DNA from: a virus
DNA: 64,000 nucleotides
Strand: one strand, 5' to 3'
IMG/VR virus record: IMGVR_UViG_3300022856_000003
In this document: piece by piece, positions 63,736 through 64,000 of the stretch
How positions within the stretch are numbered: position 1 is the first letter of the stretch
Layout: each line of letters begins with the position of its first letter
Position numbers and translations under genes: made by a program
Notes under the pieces: model-generated
What the model was told of the DNA's origin: nothing
The model's input: only the letters and a program-made list of their open reading frames with translations
Databases searched by the model: none

Positions 63736-64000
63736 ATGAAGCTCTACGTCCCCCCAGAGAACAAGGCCGGTTCCGGTCGACTCCGTGACCCCATCCCCAC
63801 CATGCGAGCCACCAGCCCCGCGCTGGAAGCTCACTTCGGGAAGTTCTACGCTGCACTCGACAAGGGCTTCGTCCGACTCGAGGACTACATGGGTACCGAG
63901 GAGCTGATCGTCCGCGCCGCCCGCGTCTCCTACGCGATGGACACGAAGAAGCACGTCTACGACTACAAGGGGTTCAATGGGACCGCTGCCGAGTGCAACG
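63736..64000 (+). CDS. thyX: FAD-dependent thymidylate synthase, N-terminal part (runs off the window)
   Basis: My translation from ATG 63736: ...LDKGFVRLEDYMGTEELIVRAARVSY..., the ThyX N-terminal signature. Not in the ORF track because it has no stop in the window. Confidence 0.85.
   Translation, partial: MKLYVPPENKAGSGRLRDPIPTMRATSPALEAHFGKFYAALDKGFVRLEDYMGTEELIVRAARVSYAMDTKKHVYDYKGFNGTAAECN

Noticed and set aside
1-64000. Alternative genetic code (stop-codon reassignment)
   Set aside because: Conserved enzymes are intact under the standard code, and TGA, TAG and TAA all act as stops at tight gene junctions.
1-64000. High frequency of TCGA
   Set aside because: It is explained by codon pairs such as CTC/GTC/ATC followed by GAC/GAG in acidic proteins. 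This does not explain the 14-bp palindrome, which uses AT-rich codons in three different frames.

Overview
A 64-kb segment of a large, GC-rich (roughly 60% by eye) tailed-phage genome, probably a T4-like or jumbo myovirus. Essentially all real genes are on the + strand, short, tightly packed with ATGA/GTGA overlaps, and mostly hypothetical. Recognisable genes: nucleoside 2-deoxyribosyltransferase-like, QueC-like, two GIY-YIG nucleases, HNH nuclease, MazG-like, dNMP kinase, ATP-dependent DNA ligase, WGR protein, GroES, a Ycf46-type AAA + radical SAM + DUF2997 + DUF1257 module, a GHKL ATPase and the start of thyX. About 20 sigma70-type promoters are visible. A MopE-repeat lipoprotein hints at a Myxococcota-type host (inference). 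The most interesting signals cut across genes: (1) about 24 unrelated proteins end in the same acidic/hydrophobic 'xLDx[IL]' tail, often after a Pro-rich linker; (2) a 14-bp palindrome CGAAATCGATTTCG recurs at least 20 times, about every 3 kb, in all three reading frames; (3) fragments of T4 gp23-type major capsid protein are embedded in three non-structural-looking proteins; (4) a tandem cluster of small proteins carries T4-type 10-aa capsid-targeting leaders ending in [IL]-x-E; (5) two candidate structured ncRNAs; (6) a ~130-bp intergenic element recurs at ~22-kb spacing. All family assignments come from motif recognition by eye, not from database searches.
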